A DNA stretch of 64,000 bases, from NCBI RefSeq assembly GCF_963921235.1, contig NC_086097.1, positions 33,916,001 to 33,980,000 of the forward strand, given 5' to 3'. The notes beneath the pieces were generated by a model. That model was not told the origin of the DNA, searched no databases, and was given only the letters and a program-made list of their open reading frames with translations. Shown piece by piece: positions 11,850 to 23,992 of the stretch (position 1 is its first letter; every line of letters begins with the position of its first letter). This DNA comes from Mobula hypostoma (taxonomy: Eukaryota). The position numbers were made by a program, and so were the translations under genes.

Positions 11850-14800
11850 TGGTCATATGCCTGTCTCCATGGAAAAAAAGACAAAGCAGATCTCCTGGAA
11901 ACATTGCTGAACGACAGGTTCAGTAATAACAAGCTAAAAAAAAATTAATGTTAGTTAAAAAAGAAGAAAGTTGGAGAAAACTCATGGACTGTTAGCCGAG
12001 AAATATTCTAGAAATGATGACCTCCATCCTAAGGATTTGAAAGTGGCTGCTATAAAGATAATGAAGGCATTATGGCCATCATCCTTAATTCTATAGATTC
12101 TCACTTTCTGGTTCCCACAGAATGGAAGATAGCTGATTTAAGCACACATGTTAAGAAAGGCGAAGGTGATCAGTGCATGGTACGTGCTGTCAGGCATGTT
12201 GGTAGAGGCAGATAAATTAGGGGCATTTACAAGGATTTTAGGCAGGTACATGGATGTAAGAAAGAGGGAGGGAAGGGTTAAATTGATATTACAGTAGATT
12301 AAAGGGTCAGCACAACATCGTAGGCCAAGAGACCTGTTCTGTTCTATGTAAAATTAAAGCAGAACATTGGGATATTATGCTGGCATGGTGAGAGGGCAGG
12401 TTAACCAATAACTGCATTACATTCTGGCTAGGAGACCATGATGAGTGGAATACACAGGGACTGGTGCTGTGGCTCCAGCCACTCACAATTCTACATCAAT
12501 GATTTGGATGAGTGAACGCAGTTTGCTTAAGATACAAAACTGGGTGATAACCTATGTTGTGACAAGGATGCAGAAAGTCTTCAAAGGGATGCAGGCAGGT
12601 TTAAAAAGAAGCATACAAATTAGCCAGAAAAAGTGGCTTACCTGAGGACTGGGAGAAATTCAGAGTTCAGCAGAGGAGGACAAAGGGCTTAATTAGGAAG
12701 GGGAAAAAAGATTATGAGAGAAAGCTGGCAGGGAACATAAAAACTGACTGTAAAAGCTTTTATAGATATGTAAAAAGGAAAAGACTGGTGTAGGTCCCCT
12801 ACAGACAGAAACAGGTGAATTGATTATGGGGAGCAAGGACATGGCAGACCAATTGAATAATTACTTTGGTTCTGTCTTCACTAAGGAGGACATAAATAAT
12901 CTTCCCGAAATAGTAGGGGACAGAGGGTCCAGTGAGATGAAGGAACTGAGCGAAATACATGTTAGTAGGGAAGTGGTGTTAGGTAAATTGAAGGGATTAA
13001 AGGCAGATAAATCCCCAGGGCCAGATGGTCTGCATCCCAGAGTGCTTAAGGAAGTAGCCCAAGAAATAGTGGATGCATTAGTGATAATTTTTCAAAACTC
13101 GTTAGATTCTAGACTAGTTCCTGAGGATTGGAGGGTGGCTAATGTAACCCCACTTTTTAAAAAAGGAGGGAGAGAGAAACCGGGGAACTATAGACCGGTC
13201 AGCCTAATGTCGGTGGTGGGGAAACTGCTGGAGTCAGTTATCAAAGATGTGATAACAGCACATTTGGAAAGCAGTGAAATCATCGGACAAAGTCAGCATG
13301 GATTTGTGAAAGGAAAATCATGTCTGACGAATCTCATAGAATTTTTTGAGGATGTAACTAGTAGAGTGGATAGGGGAGAACCAGTGGATGTGGTATATTT
13401 GGATTTTCAAAAGGCTTTTGACAAGGTCCCACACAGGAGGTTAGTGTGCAAACTTAAAGCACATGGTATTGGGGGTAAGGTATTGATGTGGATAGAGAAT
13501 TGGTTAGCAGACAGGAAGCAAAGAGTGGGAATAAACGGGACCTTTTCAGAATGGCAGGCAGTGACTAGTGGGGTACCACAAGGCTCATTGCTGGGACTCC
13601 AGTTGTTTACAATATATATTAATGACTTGGATGAGGGAATTAAATGCAGCATCTCCAAGTTTACGGATGACACGAAGCTGGCGGCAGTGTTAGCTGTGAG
13701 GAGGATGCTAAGAGGATGCAGGGTGACTTGGATAGGTTGGGTGAGTGGGCAAATTCATGGCAGATGCAATTTAATGTGGATAAATGTGAAGTTATCCACT
13801 TTGGTGGCAAAAATAGGAAAACAGATTATTATCTGAATGGTGGCCGATTAGGAAAAGGGGAGGTGCAACGAGACCTGGGTGTCATTATACACCAGTCATT
13901 GAAAGTGGGCATGCAGGTACAGCAGGCGGTGAAAAAGGCGAATGGTATGCTGGCATTTATAGCAAGAGGATTCGAGTACAGGAGCAGGGAGGTACTACTG
14001 CAGTTGTACAAGGCCTTAGTGAGACCACACCTGGGGTATTGTGTGCAGTTTTGGTCCCCTAATCTGAGGAAAGACTCCTTGCCATAGAGGGAGTAGAAAG
14101 AAGGTTCACCAGATTGATTCCTGGGATGGCAGGACTTTCATATGAAGAAAGATTGGATGAACTAGGCTTGTACTCGTTGGAATTTATAAGATTGAGGGGG
14201 GATCTGATTGAAACGTATAAAATCCTAAAGGGATTGGACAGGCTAGATGCAGGAAGATTGTTCCCGATGTTGGGGAAGTCCAGAACGAGGGGTCACAGTT
14301 TGAGGATAAGGGGGAAGCCTTTTAGGCCTGAGATTAGGAAAAACTTCTTCACACAGAGTGGTGAATCTGTGGAATTCTCTGCCACAGGAAACAGTTGAGG
14401 CCAGTTCATTGGCTATATTTAAGAGGGAGTTAGATATGGCCCTTGTGGCTACGGGGATCAGGGGGTATGGAGGGAAGGCTGGTGCAGGGTTCTGAGTTGG
14501 ATGATCAGCCATGATCATAATAAATGGCGGTGCAGGCTCGAAGGGCCGAATGGCCTACTCCTGCACCAATTTTCTATGTTTCTACGTTTCTACGTTTAAT
14601 GATGGCAGATGGAATATATCATGGAAAAATGTGAGACCATCCATCTTAACAGAGAAAAAAACGGTATATTTAAAATGTAAGAAATTGAAATATGTTCAGA
14701 CCTGGTTGCCAACAAATCACTGAATGTTAACATGCAGTAAGTAATTGTGAAGCCGGACAGTATGTCGGTCTTTAATATAAGAGAATTTGAGTCAATAGTA

Positions 14801-15290
14801 AAGACGTTTTACTCTCATGAAAATGGGACCTTGTGAGACTATAACTGGAATACAATGGTACTGGTCTTCTTATGAAACTGAAATTTTACTTGCAATTGAG
14901 TGAGTGTAAAAGTTCTGAGAAGGGGAATTGTCCTATCAGGAGAGGCTGAGCAAAATGGATCTGTACTCTCTTGAACATTATGGTGATCACACCAAAACTC
15001 GAAATTCTAACAGACTTTGATTGAGTAGATGTAGGAATGAGTTTACACCGGTGGACGTGTCAAAAACCAGAGGTCATAGTCTGCAGTCAGCTATTCTGGA
15101 TGGAAACAAGGAGAATTTCTTCACTGAGAGGATAGGAATTTCTAGCTAAGAAGGCATAAGAGACCCTGCTACTGAACGATGTTCAGGTCAGAGATGGATA
15201 TATTTCTGGTTATTAAGAGAATGAAGGAATATGAGTTTAGTCCATAAAAGTGGCACTGAGATAAAAAATGAGCTATGATCAGCCATGATC
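11850..15290 (+). mobile_element. Old degenerate CR1 LINE, interrupted by a younger CR1
   Basis: Degenerate RT-like sequence before 12600 (caaagggatgcaggcaggtt) resumes after 14600 (tggcagatggaatat). Confidence 0.6.
12605..14597 (+). mobile_element. Young 5'-truncated CR1 LINE (RT domain, few frameshifts)
   Basis: ORFs 12820-13836, 13716-14087 and 14114-14398 with [37 protein letters not shown]; tail (TTTCTAYG)n. Confidence 0.95.
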
Positions 15291-16767
15291 ACAGTGAATG
15301 GTGGTGCTGGCTCGAAGGGCCGAATGGCCTACTCCTGCACCTATTGTCTATTGTCTATTGAACGGTGGTTCAGTAAATGCTTTGAGATTAATTTCTTACT
15401 TCCATTTCATTGAAGAAATTTCTAGCTGTCTGCATTCTTTTGGATCCATCAGACTATTTTTTGGCATTTTTGTCTATGACATGTTCCTTTCTCAGTCCTT
15501 CCAGCTTCTTTTTGATCTTCCCAAGTGGATTCCAAGTAGAAAAGTATGGTGTCTTCATTTCTGTGTGGCGGTTATGTCTGTATGTTGCACCAGGTGTATG
15601 CAAATACAGCCATTGTCCTTGGAAAAACACTAAACATCTCAGGGGAACGTGAAGGCTTGAAAACCCATCATGCTGGTCCCAGCATTTATTTCTTTTGCTT
15701 TGTAATTGGGGACTGAACATTGTCCATGGGCTTCAGTGGAATGCATTGAGATCCGAAGGAACAGCACAGTACCAGACAAATCACAGTGTAATCACCAGGT
15801 ATCAGGAAGAGAGGGCAATGAATTTCTCTACTATATGTCCACTCCTAGGCTCTCAATCTTAGACATGCTGTTGAGTGATTCCACACTTGGAAGAGAAAAG
15901 CAGCATGCCCCATATTCATGTTAATTCTGTGGTTAACAGACAAGCAGTGGGAGAGGAATGAGGAAAGGAAGAAAGTCTTAACCCCAACTGAAATGATTAA
16001 ATGGCCACTCAGTCCAAAATGCAACAGGCAACATACTTTTCTCTCAGTGTTGTATTAGCTTTAATCCATTCCATAGCCTCTATAAAAATTAGAATACTTT
16101 ATCTAGGAGTAGATGGGCTCACAAATAAGGCATAATTCAAATATCATGTGAGATGATACTAAGCCAAGAGGCAAAGGATTGCTATCAACTGCATTGTTAA
16201 TTTAACTTTTAACCATTAAGGCTGTTTAGGATGCTGGTCCAGATGGGAAAATTATTTGCACGCAGAGGTGAATTCTAACAAAGGGCATAAACTCTAGATT
16301 AAAGAGGTTAGGAGCAGATTGAATATGTGACTAAATGTGAGTTTATTTAAGAACATGGAAAATAAGGAAGGAATATCATTAAGTTAATTGGTGCTGTATT
16401 TCTTCGGGACGTTTTTAACAACTGTAGCAACTTGGCAGTGAAAAGACTTTTTAGCAATTAATCAGTTTAGATGTGTAATTCTACCATATTCTGCAGCACA
16501 TAGCACAGGTACATTTAAGGCTATGTTGGAAGACAGATTTAGTGATATGAAATAAGGCTATCTATTATCTGTAATTTGAGGTAACATTCTCAGAAGCCCC
16601 ACTAACCCCTCAATAAAGATAAGGCAGGAGAATGATGTAGTGCTGGAGCGAGCACTCTCATGGGGGAGACAAGCCTGAACAGTCACCTTTGAGACTGTGA
16701 TGCATTGAGTTGTATTCAATAGTAACAGGCTCCATCTTCCTCCATTCACTAATGGAGTCAGTGAAAT

Positions 16768-17826
16768 CAACAACACACACAAAATGCTGGAGGAACTCAG
16801 CAGGCCGGGCAGCATCTATGGAAAAAAGTACAGTTGACATTTTGGGCTGAAACCCTTCGGCAGGACAGGAGAAAAAAAGCTGAGGAGTAGATTTAAAAGG
16901 TGGTGGGAGGGGAAAGAGAAACACCAGGTGATAGATGGAACCTGAAGGGGGAGGGATGAAGTAAAGAGCTGGGAAGTTGATTGGTGAGACGAGGTGGGAG
17001 AGAGAAAAGGGGATGGGAAATGGAGAAGGTGGTGGTTGGGGTCATTACTGGAAGTTTGAGAAGTCGATGTTTATGCCATCAGGTTGGAGGCTACCCAAAT
17101 GGAATAGAAGGTGTTGTTCCTCCAAACTAAGTGTAGCCTCATCACGACAATGGAGGAGGCCATGGATGGACATATCGGAATGGGAGTGGGTGGCCACTGG
17201 GAGATCCCACTTTTTCTGGCAGATGGAGCATAGGTGCTCAGCGAAGCAGTCTCCCAATCTATGTTGACTCTCACCAACGTACAGAAGGCCACACGGGCAG
17301 CACCAGACACAGTATATGATCCCAACAGAATCACAGGTGAAATGTTGCCTCACCTGGAAGAACTGTTTAGAGCCCTGTATGGTAGTGAGGGAGGAGGTGT
17401 AGCAATTGTCTTGCTTGCAAGACTAAGTGTCAGTGGGGAGGGACAAATGGACAAGGGAGTGGCATAGGAAGTGATCCCTGTGGAAAGCAGAAAGTGGGGG
17501 GGGGGGGAGGGAAAGATGTGCTTGGTGGTGGGATCCCGTTGGAGGTGGTGGAAGTTTTGGAGAATTATGTGCTGGACACAGAAGCTGGTGGGGTGGTAGG
17601 TGAGGACAAGAGGAACCCTATACCTGGTAGGGTGGTGGGAGGATGGGATGAGAGCAGACGTAGTTGAGGGTAGCATTGATGGTGGAGGAAGGGAAGCTCC
17701 TTTGGGTTTTGGCCCGAAACATCGACCGTACTTTTTTCCGTAGATGCTGCCTGGCCTGCTGAGTCTCTCCAGCATTTTGTGTGTGTTGCTCGGATTTCCA
17801 GCATCTGAAAATTTTCTCTTGTTTGT
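16768..17826 (-). mobile_element. Penelope-like element with inverted pLTR copy at its other end
   Basis: GIY-YIG ORF 17045-17353 and upstream ORF (RVPLVLTYHPT); the pLTR at 16768-16860 recurs inverted at ~17703-17790. Confidence 0.9.
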
Positions 17827-17935
17827 GGTGAAATCAACACATTATTACCCTGTACCCTGAGCCGGTAGAATGAACATTGCCTTCATCTATGGTCATCAGC
17901 ATAAATAAAATATATAGTGTTGATGTGACTATATA

Positions 17936-18748
17936 CAGTAGATTCTGATTAATTGGGGCAAGCACTTATTTGGGACAACTCTTAAAGAACAAAAAGAAGT
18001 TGAGAAAATAGCTGGTATTCCCTCCGATTAACTGGGACACGATACCACGTAACTGGGGCAGAAGACTGGTGCTGAATAGTTTCGTACTAGTGTCAGTGGC
18101 GTGCACGTTGTGTGGCGGTTCAACACTACACTGTGCCTAAGGTGAAGAGTTTTTAAAAAGGATCACATGCGTGTGCTTTTGTTTACAAAGTAATAATTAT
18201 TTTTGTCACTGATTGTTGGTGAGTAATAAGGATTAAGACAATTCAGAACTGTTTTTCTCACGGTGGTTTCAAACGTTCAGGCTTGGAGATGTCAAAAGCA
18301 GCTGGGAGTGGAAATGAAATAATTTCGCAACTTCAACAAATTAGGAACTATGAAGAATTTGGAAGTATCAACTATCATGTTGAATGTTACAATCAACATG
18401 AGGACTTGGAGGATGCAATCATTGTAAGCATTATTTGAAGGCAGTTAATTATCTACACTTGGTGTCTGTGTTGATTTTGTTCATTTACTGTCAATCAAAA
18501 GAACATGTCAGCATACACTGGATTCATTCCTCCATTGATAACTATTAGGAACTAATACACAGTCTTATAGTTCTGTATTAATTTTGCTGGGGATCTAATG
18601 TGTTCTGTAGTTTATTTAAATACATAACTTGTTACCTAGTAGTAGTTTATCTTAACTATTTCCACGAAACTTCAGCTAATTTGGGTAGCCGCTTAATTGG
18701 GCCGAGATGTACTGGGCCCAATGTGTCCCAATTAACCGGAATCTACTG
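17936..18748. mobile_element. Tc1/mariner (Tigger/pogo-type) non-autonomous DNA transposon
   Basis: TIRs CAGTAGATTCTGATTAATTGGG / CCCAATTAACCGGAATCTACTG, flanked by TA on both sides. Confidence 0.9.
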
Positions 18749-19112
18749 TATTGTGTTTAATGCTAATGAGTATGAACCTAGGCATTAGTCTCTTATAAAC
18801 AACGTTGTCTGTGGAAAGAATAATGACCATGACCTACTTTCCATTCCAACTACCTTAAAAGAGCTTTCTGCATAATTAAAATCACTGAATTATTGCTATC
18901 CTACAATGAAGCATTGCTAATCTACAAAACAATTAAAGATCAATTTTCTTTAGAAAAAGGAATCACCCCATTGATTTAGCAGCTGAGTTGTTTTAAAGGT
19001 AGACTGGACTGCAGAAAACTACTGTGACTAATATCTTGCTAAGCTGAAAAGCCTATTTACATTGCACTGCTCCATTAATAAACCAGTCTAAATTGAGTAA
19101 ATATGTACTTAC

Positions 19113-19227
19113 CTTGTCTGGCAACAATTAAGCTGGCCATGCAATCTGGAACACTTGTTCCTGCTGCCAGAAATGTTATTCCCATGATAATATCTGGAAT
19201 TCCGAGTGTGAACCCTATTACAGTGAC
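19113..19227 (-). CDS. SLC24A4: SLC24A4 exon (115 nt): [38 protein letters not shown](G)
   Basis: gtgcag|GTC...CAAG|gtaagt; phase 0/1; alpha-2 repeat. Confidence 0.97.
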
Positions 19228-20091
19228 CTGCACACAGAAAAGAAACTGGTGGATAGAGCCAAGGGAATGAGACACTAAGTAACTTAGGAAGATCTGTAAA
19301 AAAGAAATACCCACGTTACAGCACACAACACACAGCATCCCAAGACTGTTGCAAAGATGGACATCAAAACAAGGTGCTTGGTTTATGAATTTTTCCACTG
19401 TAAGTGTAACAGATTGAATGCGTGGGTTTGTCTTATTTAGTGTGGCTGGCAGCTGAAAGCCTTTTATCTGCTTCTGCCAACCATTAAACAATTCCAAATC
19501 TTCAATTTCATGCAGGAGTACTGTCATTCAACCAGAACCATTCCACTGCAGCAGAGTGGAGGACAGCAGTCTGGCTCAGATTTATCACAGAATCATAGAC
19601 ATTTACAACATTGGAAGGAGCCATTTAGTCCATCGTGCTTGTGGCAGCCGAAGAAAGCTACTCAGTCTTGTGCTCCTCCTTTATCAATTGTTTTTCTCAG
19701 CACTCGTTACCTTGATCTAGACTGTTCAGCGCCCCCGCATTTCTCCACAGCTAAATCTTACATTGTATGCAGCGTATTTATACTCAACACCAGTGTTCAA
19801 GTTCAAATTCAAGCTCAAGTTTAATTGTCATTCAACCATACACATGTAAAAGCCAAATGAAACAGTGTTTCTCTGGGGCCAAGGTACTGCACTTACGGTA
19901 AAAGACAGCGCACAAAACATAGTACTTATAGTTATGAATAATAATATTGGCTCAGGTCCCTGAGTGACATGGCCTGATGCACGGGATGTTGTCCTGAAGC
20001 TACGTCTCTGCAAAAACAAGTACGCAGTAGTTCCTCACCACGTACCAGCGCAGCTGCAGACGAACGCAATCCAGTTCGCCTTCCACTGAGC

Positions 20092-20109
20092 GACCACTAG
20101 AGGGCAGCA
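20092..20109 (+). promoter_or_regulatory. CTCF-like motif inside a repeat
   Basis: GACCACTAGAGGGCAGCA fits the CTCF core CCASYAGRKGGCRS; motif match only. Confidence 0.35.
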
Positions 20110-20722
20110 CCCATAGGCGTGGTCATCCCCCAACCCAGCATGGACTCCAGTGTGCCCGCAAGACTGCATCCTCAAGCCCTTACTTTACTTCCTGTACACT
20201 CATGACTGTGTGTTCAAGTTCTGCACTAACTCTGTTTAAACAGATCTCTGTGCTCCTCCAGATGAGGTCAAATCTAAAGAAGTATCCCTTTGGTCTGCTT
20301 TATCACCTTATCTACTTGTCCTGTCCTTGTATCTTCAGGAATATGTTGACTGTATGCCAAGGTCCTTTATATTTCCCAATTTCCTACCAATCTCTGTGTA
20401 TTCCTTTACCCTGTTTGCCTTTCCAAACACCATTATACTTCTCCAGGTACTTTCTATTGCCTACAGCTTTCTCCTTCTCTTTCAAGTAAATTACCATCTG
20501 CTAACTTCTTACCCTTATTCTTAAGACAAAAGTAATGATACATACCACAAGAAGGAATGGACATTACAATGAATTCTACAGAGTCCTATTCTGTACAATC
20601 CTCTGGTCATCAACACTTTGCTAACCATTCCTATTTTTTGGGAAGGTTATTTGGCATCATTCAGACTGCCAAATTGAAAAGAAGAATGTTAAGAAACTTA
20701 ACTTTAAATTCCAGAGTAATAA

Positions 20723-20846
20723 GGCTACGTTAAGAAGTAGTAGTCTGGGAACGACTGATCCCTCTTCAGCACAGAAGCTAAGCTGACCGATGCTTAGGTA
20801 GCACTTAAATGGGAGATGCCCTGAGAGTACCAGGTTCTATGGGCTT
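20723..20846 (+). pseudogene. Degenerate 5S rRNA-derived sequence (5S pseudogene or SINE3 head)
   Basis: About 124 nt colinear with vertebrate 5S rRNA: GAAGCTAAGC (box A), TAGcACTTaaATGGGAGA (IE/box C), CCTGaGAgTACCaGGTtCTaTgGGCTT (3' end). Confidence 0.75.
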
Positions 20847-21859
20847 CTACTGAAGAGGAGCCAAGTACCACCAGTCCACTCTATGCAGGAATAATCTATA
20901 ATGCAAAGTGCCTTGCAGAATCCAAAGAGTCCTGATGACCACAAGTCTGACTTTGGCATGTTTACATGAGGGATCATTAAAACAAAACACCGCACTTTCA
21001 ACCCATTTTCCATTGTGAGCCGTCTTTATTGCTGCTCTTGTTTTCTGTGGGCCACCTCAGCATGATCAATTTACCACATAAGCACGTAAAAATATTATCT
21101 AACACAACATGTGACATGAGCCACTGCGACGAACAACAGGTTGAGTACGAATACTTTGGATTGATCTTGGTTTATCTGCTTTCATGATAATTCAGCTCAT
21201 ATACAGTATATTCTGTGCAACAACAGCTGGGATTTATTTGAGCAAAGAAGTCCCCATCATTACAAAATGCAACTCTTGGTTTGATGGCAGTCCGTGAAAC
21301 AGTTGAATCGCACATCAGTGTGGGAGATTCAGATTTCGGAAGATTTGTCAGGTTTGTTGATCGTTCAGGCCATTTGCAGAGACAGGCTGTAGAAACTTTA
21401 CACGAGGTTACCATAATCAAGTGTAGAATCGGCAGCACAAATTTGACAGCCTACCACTAATAATTGATATATGTTCCACCCATGGGTAAGGTATCACTAC
21501 TTACTGATTAATTATCTCAGGCTAGATTGTCCCTGCTGAGAAGGTGGTTTAAAGTCCTTAATACGATGTAATAAATATTATATTCCGTCTGTCATCCATT
21601 CAACAGTATGATTTGGATACAAGGGTAGCTTTCAAGTCAAGTGCTATCCTGTCAACAATTTGCTTCAAAAGTTGCTCCTGTCAGACTTGTGTGGGCTACC
21701 CATTACACAAACTGCTGTCATATTTTCATTCCGGATATCTATCAAAACCAAGGTAAATTAATTAGAAGCAACAGAAGTCCCATCATTATCCCAATTAGCC
21801 TTTAACATGCCTTTCCAAAGCTAATGTTAATAAAAAATTCAATGACATGCATAATATCT

Positions 21860-22117
21860 TAACACGCCCTCTTCTCTTTATTACCATCAGGCAGGAGATA
21901 CAGGAGACTGAATACTCACACTCAACAGCTTCTTCCCCTCTGCCATCAGATTGCTGAGCTGTCCATGACACTACATCATTATTCCTCTTTCACACTATCT
22001 ATCTCTCTAGATCTATTGTAACTTCTACTTTCTGAAATGTCTTCCACTGTACTGCTGGCAGAAAACAAATTCCACGACATATGTCAGTGATAACAAACCC
22101 AATTCTGATTCTAATTC
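21860..22117 (+). mobile_element. Rex1/Babar-like LINE 3' fragment
   Basis: Encodes HALFSLLPSGRRYRRL...SFFPSAIRLL and ends in an (ATTCTG)n-like tail. Confidence 0.6.
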
Positions 22118-22499
22118 TTATATCTGACTTTAGTTTGCATTTGGTTTCTATGTCCTGTCCTTACCAATTGCAAAGTTTACAAAAGGACTGTTTAAAAGAG
22201 TCCAAACAATACATTTCATCATTGACAAAGAAATAAAAATGACACAAATTACATGAATATTGAATGTCAGCAAATAGAACAATATTAGGTGAACAGACTT
22301 TATTAGCACTTTCATTTCGTACTGAACTTTGACAATATATTGAAACCTTTGCAAATTCAAAGTTTTCATTTTCACTTTAAACAGAAAAAGTCTTCAAAGT
22401 CTACACAGCACTAGGTTTCAAAATGTTATAAAATATTTATCTAGATTTTACTGTAAAAACATACAATGGGGCATAGATAATTTGTTTTCAATACAAAAA

Positions 22500-23040
22500 C
22501 CATTCCCAGTACTTGAAAGAGTGCAGAGAAAATTTACAAAGATGTTAATTTTCGGTACAGACTGAATGGGTAAAGGGCCTGTTTCTGTGCTGTACTTTTC
22601 TATGACTCTACGTTGCTGCTACTTGGCTTATAGGGAAAGGTTGAATAGGTCAGGACTTTATTGCCTAGAGCGCAGGAGAATGAGGGAAGATCTCACAGAG
22701 GTATACAAAATTGTGATGGGTATAGATAGGGTGAATGCACACAGGCTTTTTCCCCTCAGCATGAGTGAGACTTGAACTAGAATTCATAGGTTAGGGTGAA
22801 AGATGTAATATTTAAGGGGAACCTGAGGGGAGCTTCACTCAGAGAGTGGTGAAAGTCTGTAATGAGCTGCCAGTGGAAGTGGTAAATGTAGGTTCAATTG
22901 CAACATTTAAGAAGAGTTTGGATAGGTAAATGGAGGGGTTTGGAGTGATATAGTCTGGGTGCAGGTACATGGGACTAGACAGAAGATCAGGTTGGCATAG
23001 ATTAGGTGAACCGAAGGGCCTACTTCTGTGCCGTATGTGC
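22500..23040 (+). mobile_element. CR1 LINE 3' fragment(s)
   Basis: YRERLNRSGLYCLERRRMREDLTEVYKI; similar to 37639-38434. Confidence 0.8.
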
Positions 23041-23174
23041 TCTCTGATAACTTTTATTTGAAGAAATCGTTATTCCTTAAGAGGAAGGAAGATGCAGAGT
23101 TGGGTAGAGTCTATGAATTTTAACATTGTCAGCTTGCATCTGACCCCCCCCCCCCAAGAAAAACCTCAGACGAA

Positions 23175-23992
23175 AATCTATGGATCTCTGTGGTGCATGC
23201 AGCCTGGTACAGCCGTTCCGATCTATTCTTTTACTTTCTTCTTCTTACTTTTTAATTTACGTTATTTTTTGTATTTTTTTTCTCACGGTAACACGTCGAA
23301 GCTGCACCCTCTCTAACATGCTGGTAGAGCGAGTTTTATTTGGGTTTTCTTTAGCGCTGGAAATGGTTACATCCCGACACGCGGGACAGAAGCAAGGTCA
23401 CATTGTGTATTCCATGGACCAGCAAATTCCGGTCGGCTTAGCTAACAGAACGGCAGACACCCCTGCTGAAATCCGGAGGAAAACACACAGAGAGGTATCA
23501 CAAAGCCGAGGAAAGAGGACCAGGTTGAGACAACAGAGACTTTTGGAGAAGAGGAGTTCAGTGGGTAATACCGTTCCGGCTGACTGGAAGTGCACTGAGA
23601 GCGGTAAGCGTAAAGAAGTTTCTTGCTTACTGATCTGGTTAACAACGGATGGTGCAATCTGGGGTTTATTACGATCAAGGAACGTGTTTGCAGACTGGAT
23701 ATTGAACTTTTTACTGTTGGACTTCGGCCACATTCCACCGTGATACAACACTTGGCGGCACGGGAGGTCGTTCCTGCCTGTGGCCATCGAACGTGTAGCT
23801 CCTCCCGTGGAGGGTCAGACACCCTGAGCCAATAGACTGGTCCTGGACTTATTTTCCATCTGGCATAGTTTACATTTTGTTGTTTGATTGTTGGGGTTTT
23901 TTGTATTGCTATATTTACGCCCTATTCTTGGTTGGTTCGGCTGTAACGCAACCAAATTTCTCTCGGGATTGATAAAGTATATCTGTCTATCT
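23175..23992 (+). mobile_element. Non-LTR element fragment(s), CpG-rich, probably Rex1/Babar- or Tx1-like
   Basis: CpG-rich block with a basic ORF (RRKTHR...RQQRLLEKR), ending in gataaagtatatctgtctatct, a LINE-type 3' tail. Family assignment uncertain. Confidence 0.4.
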
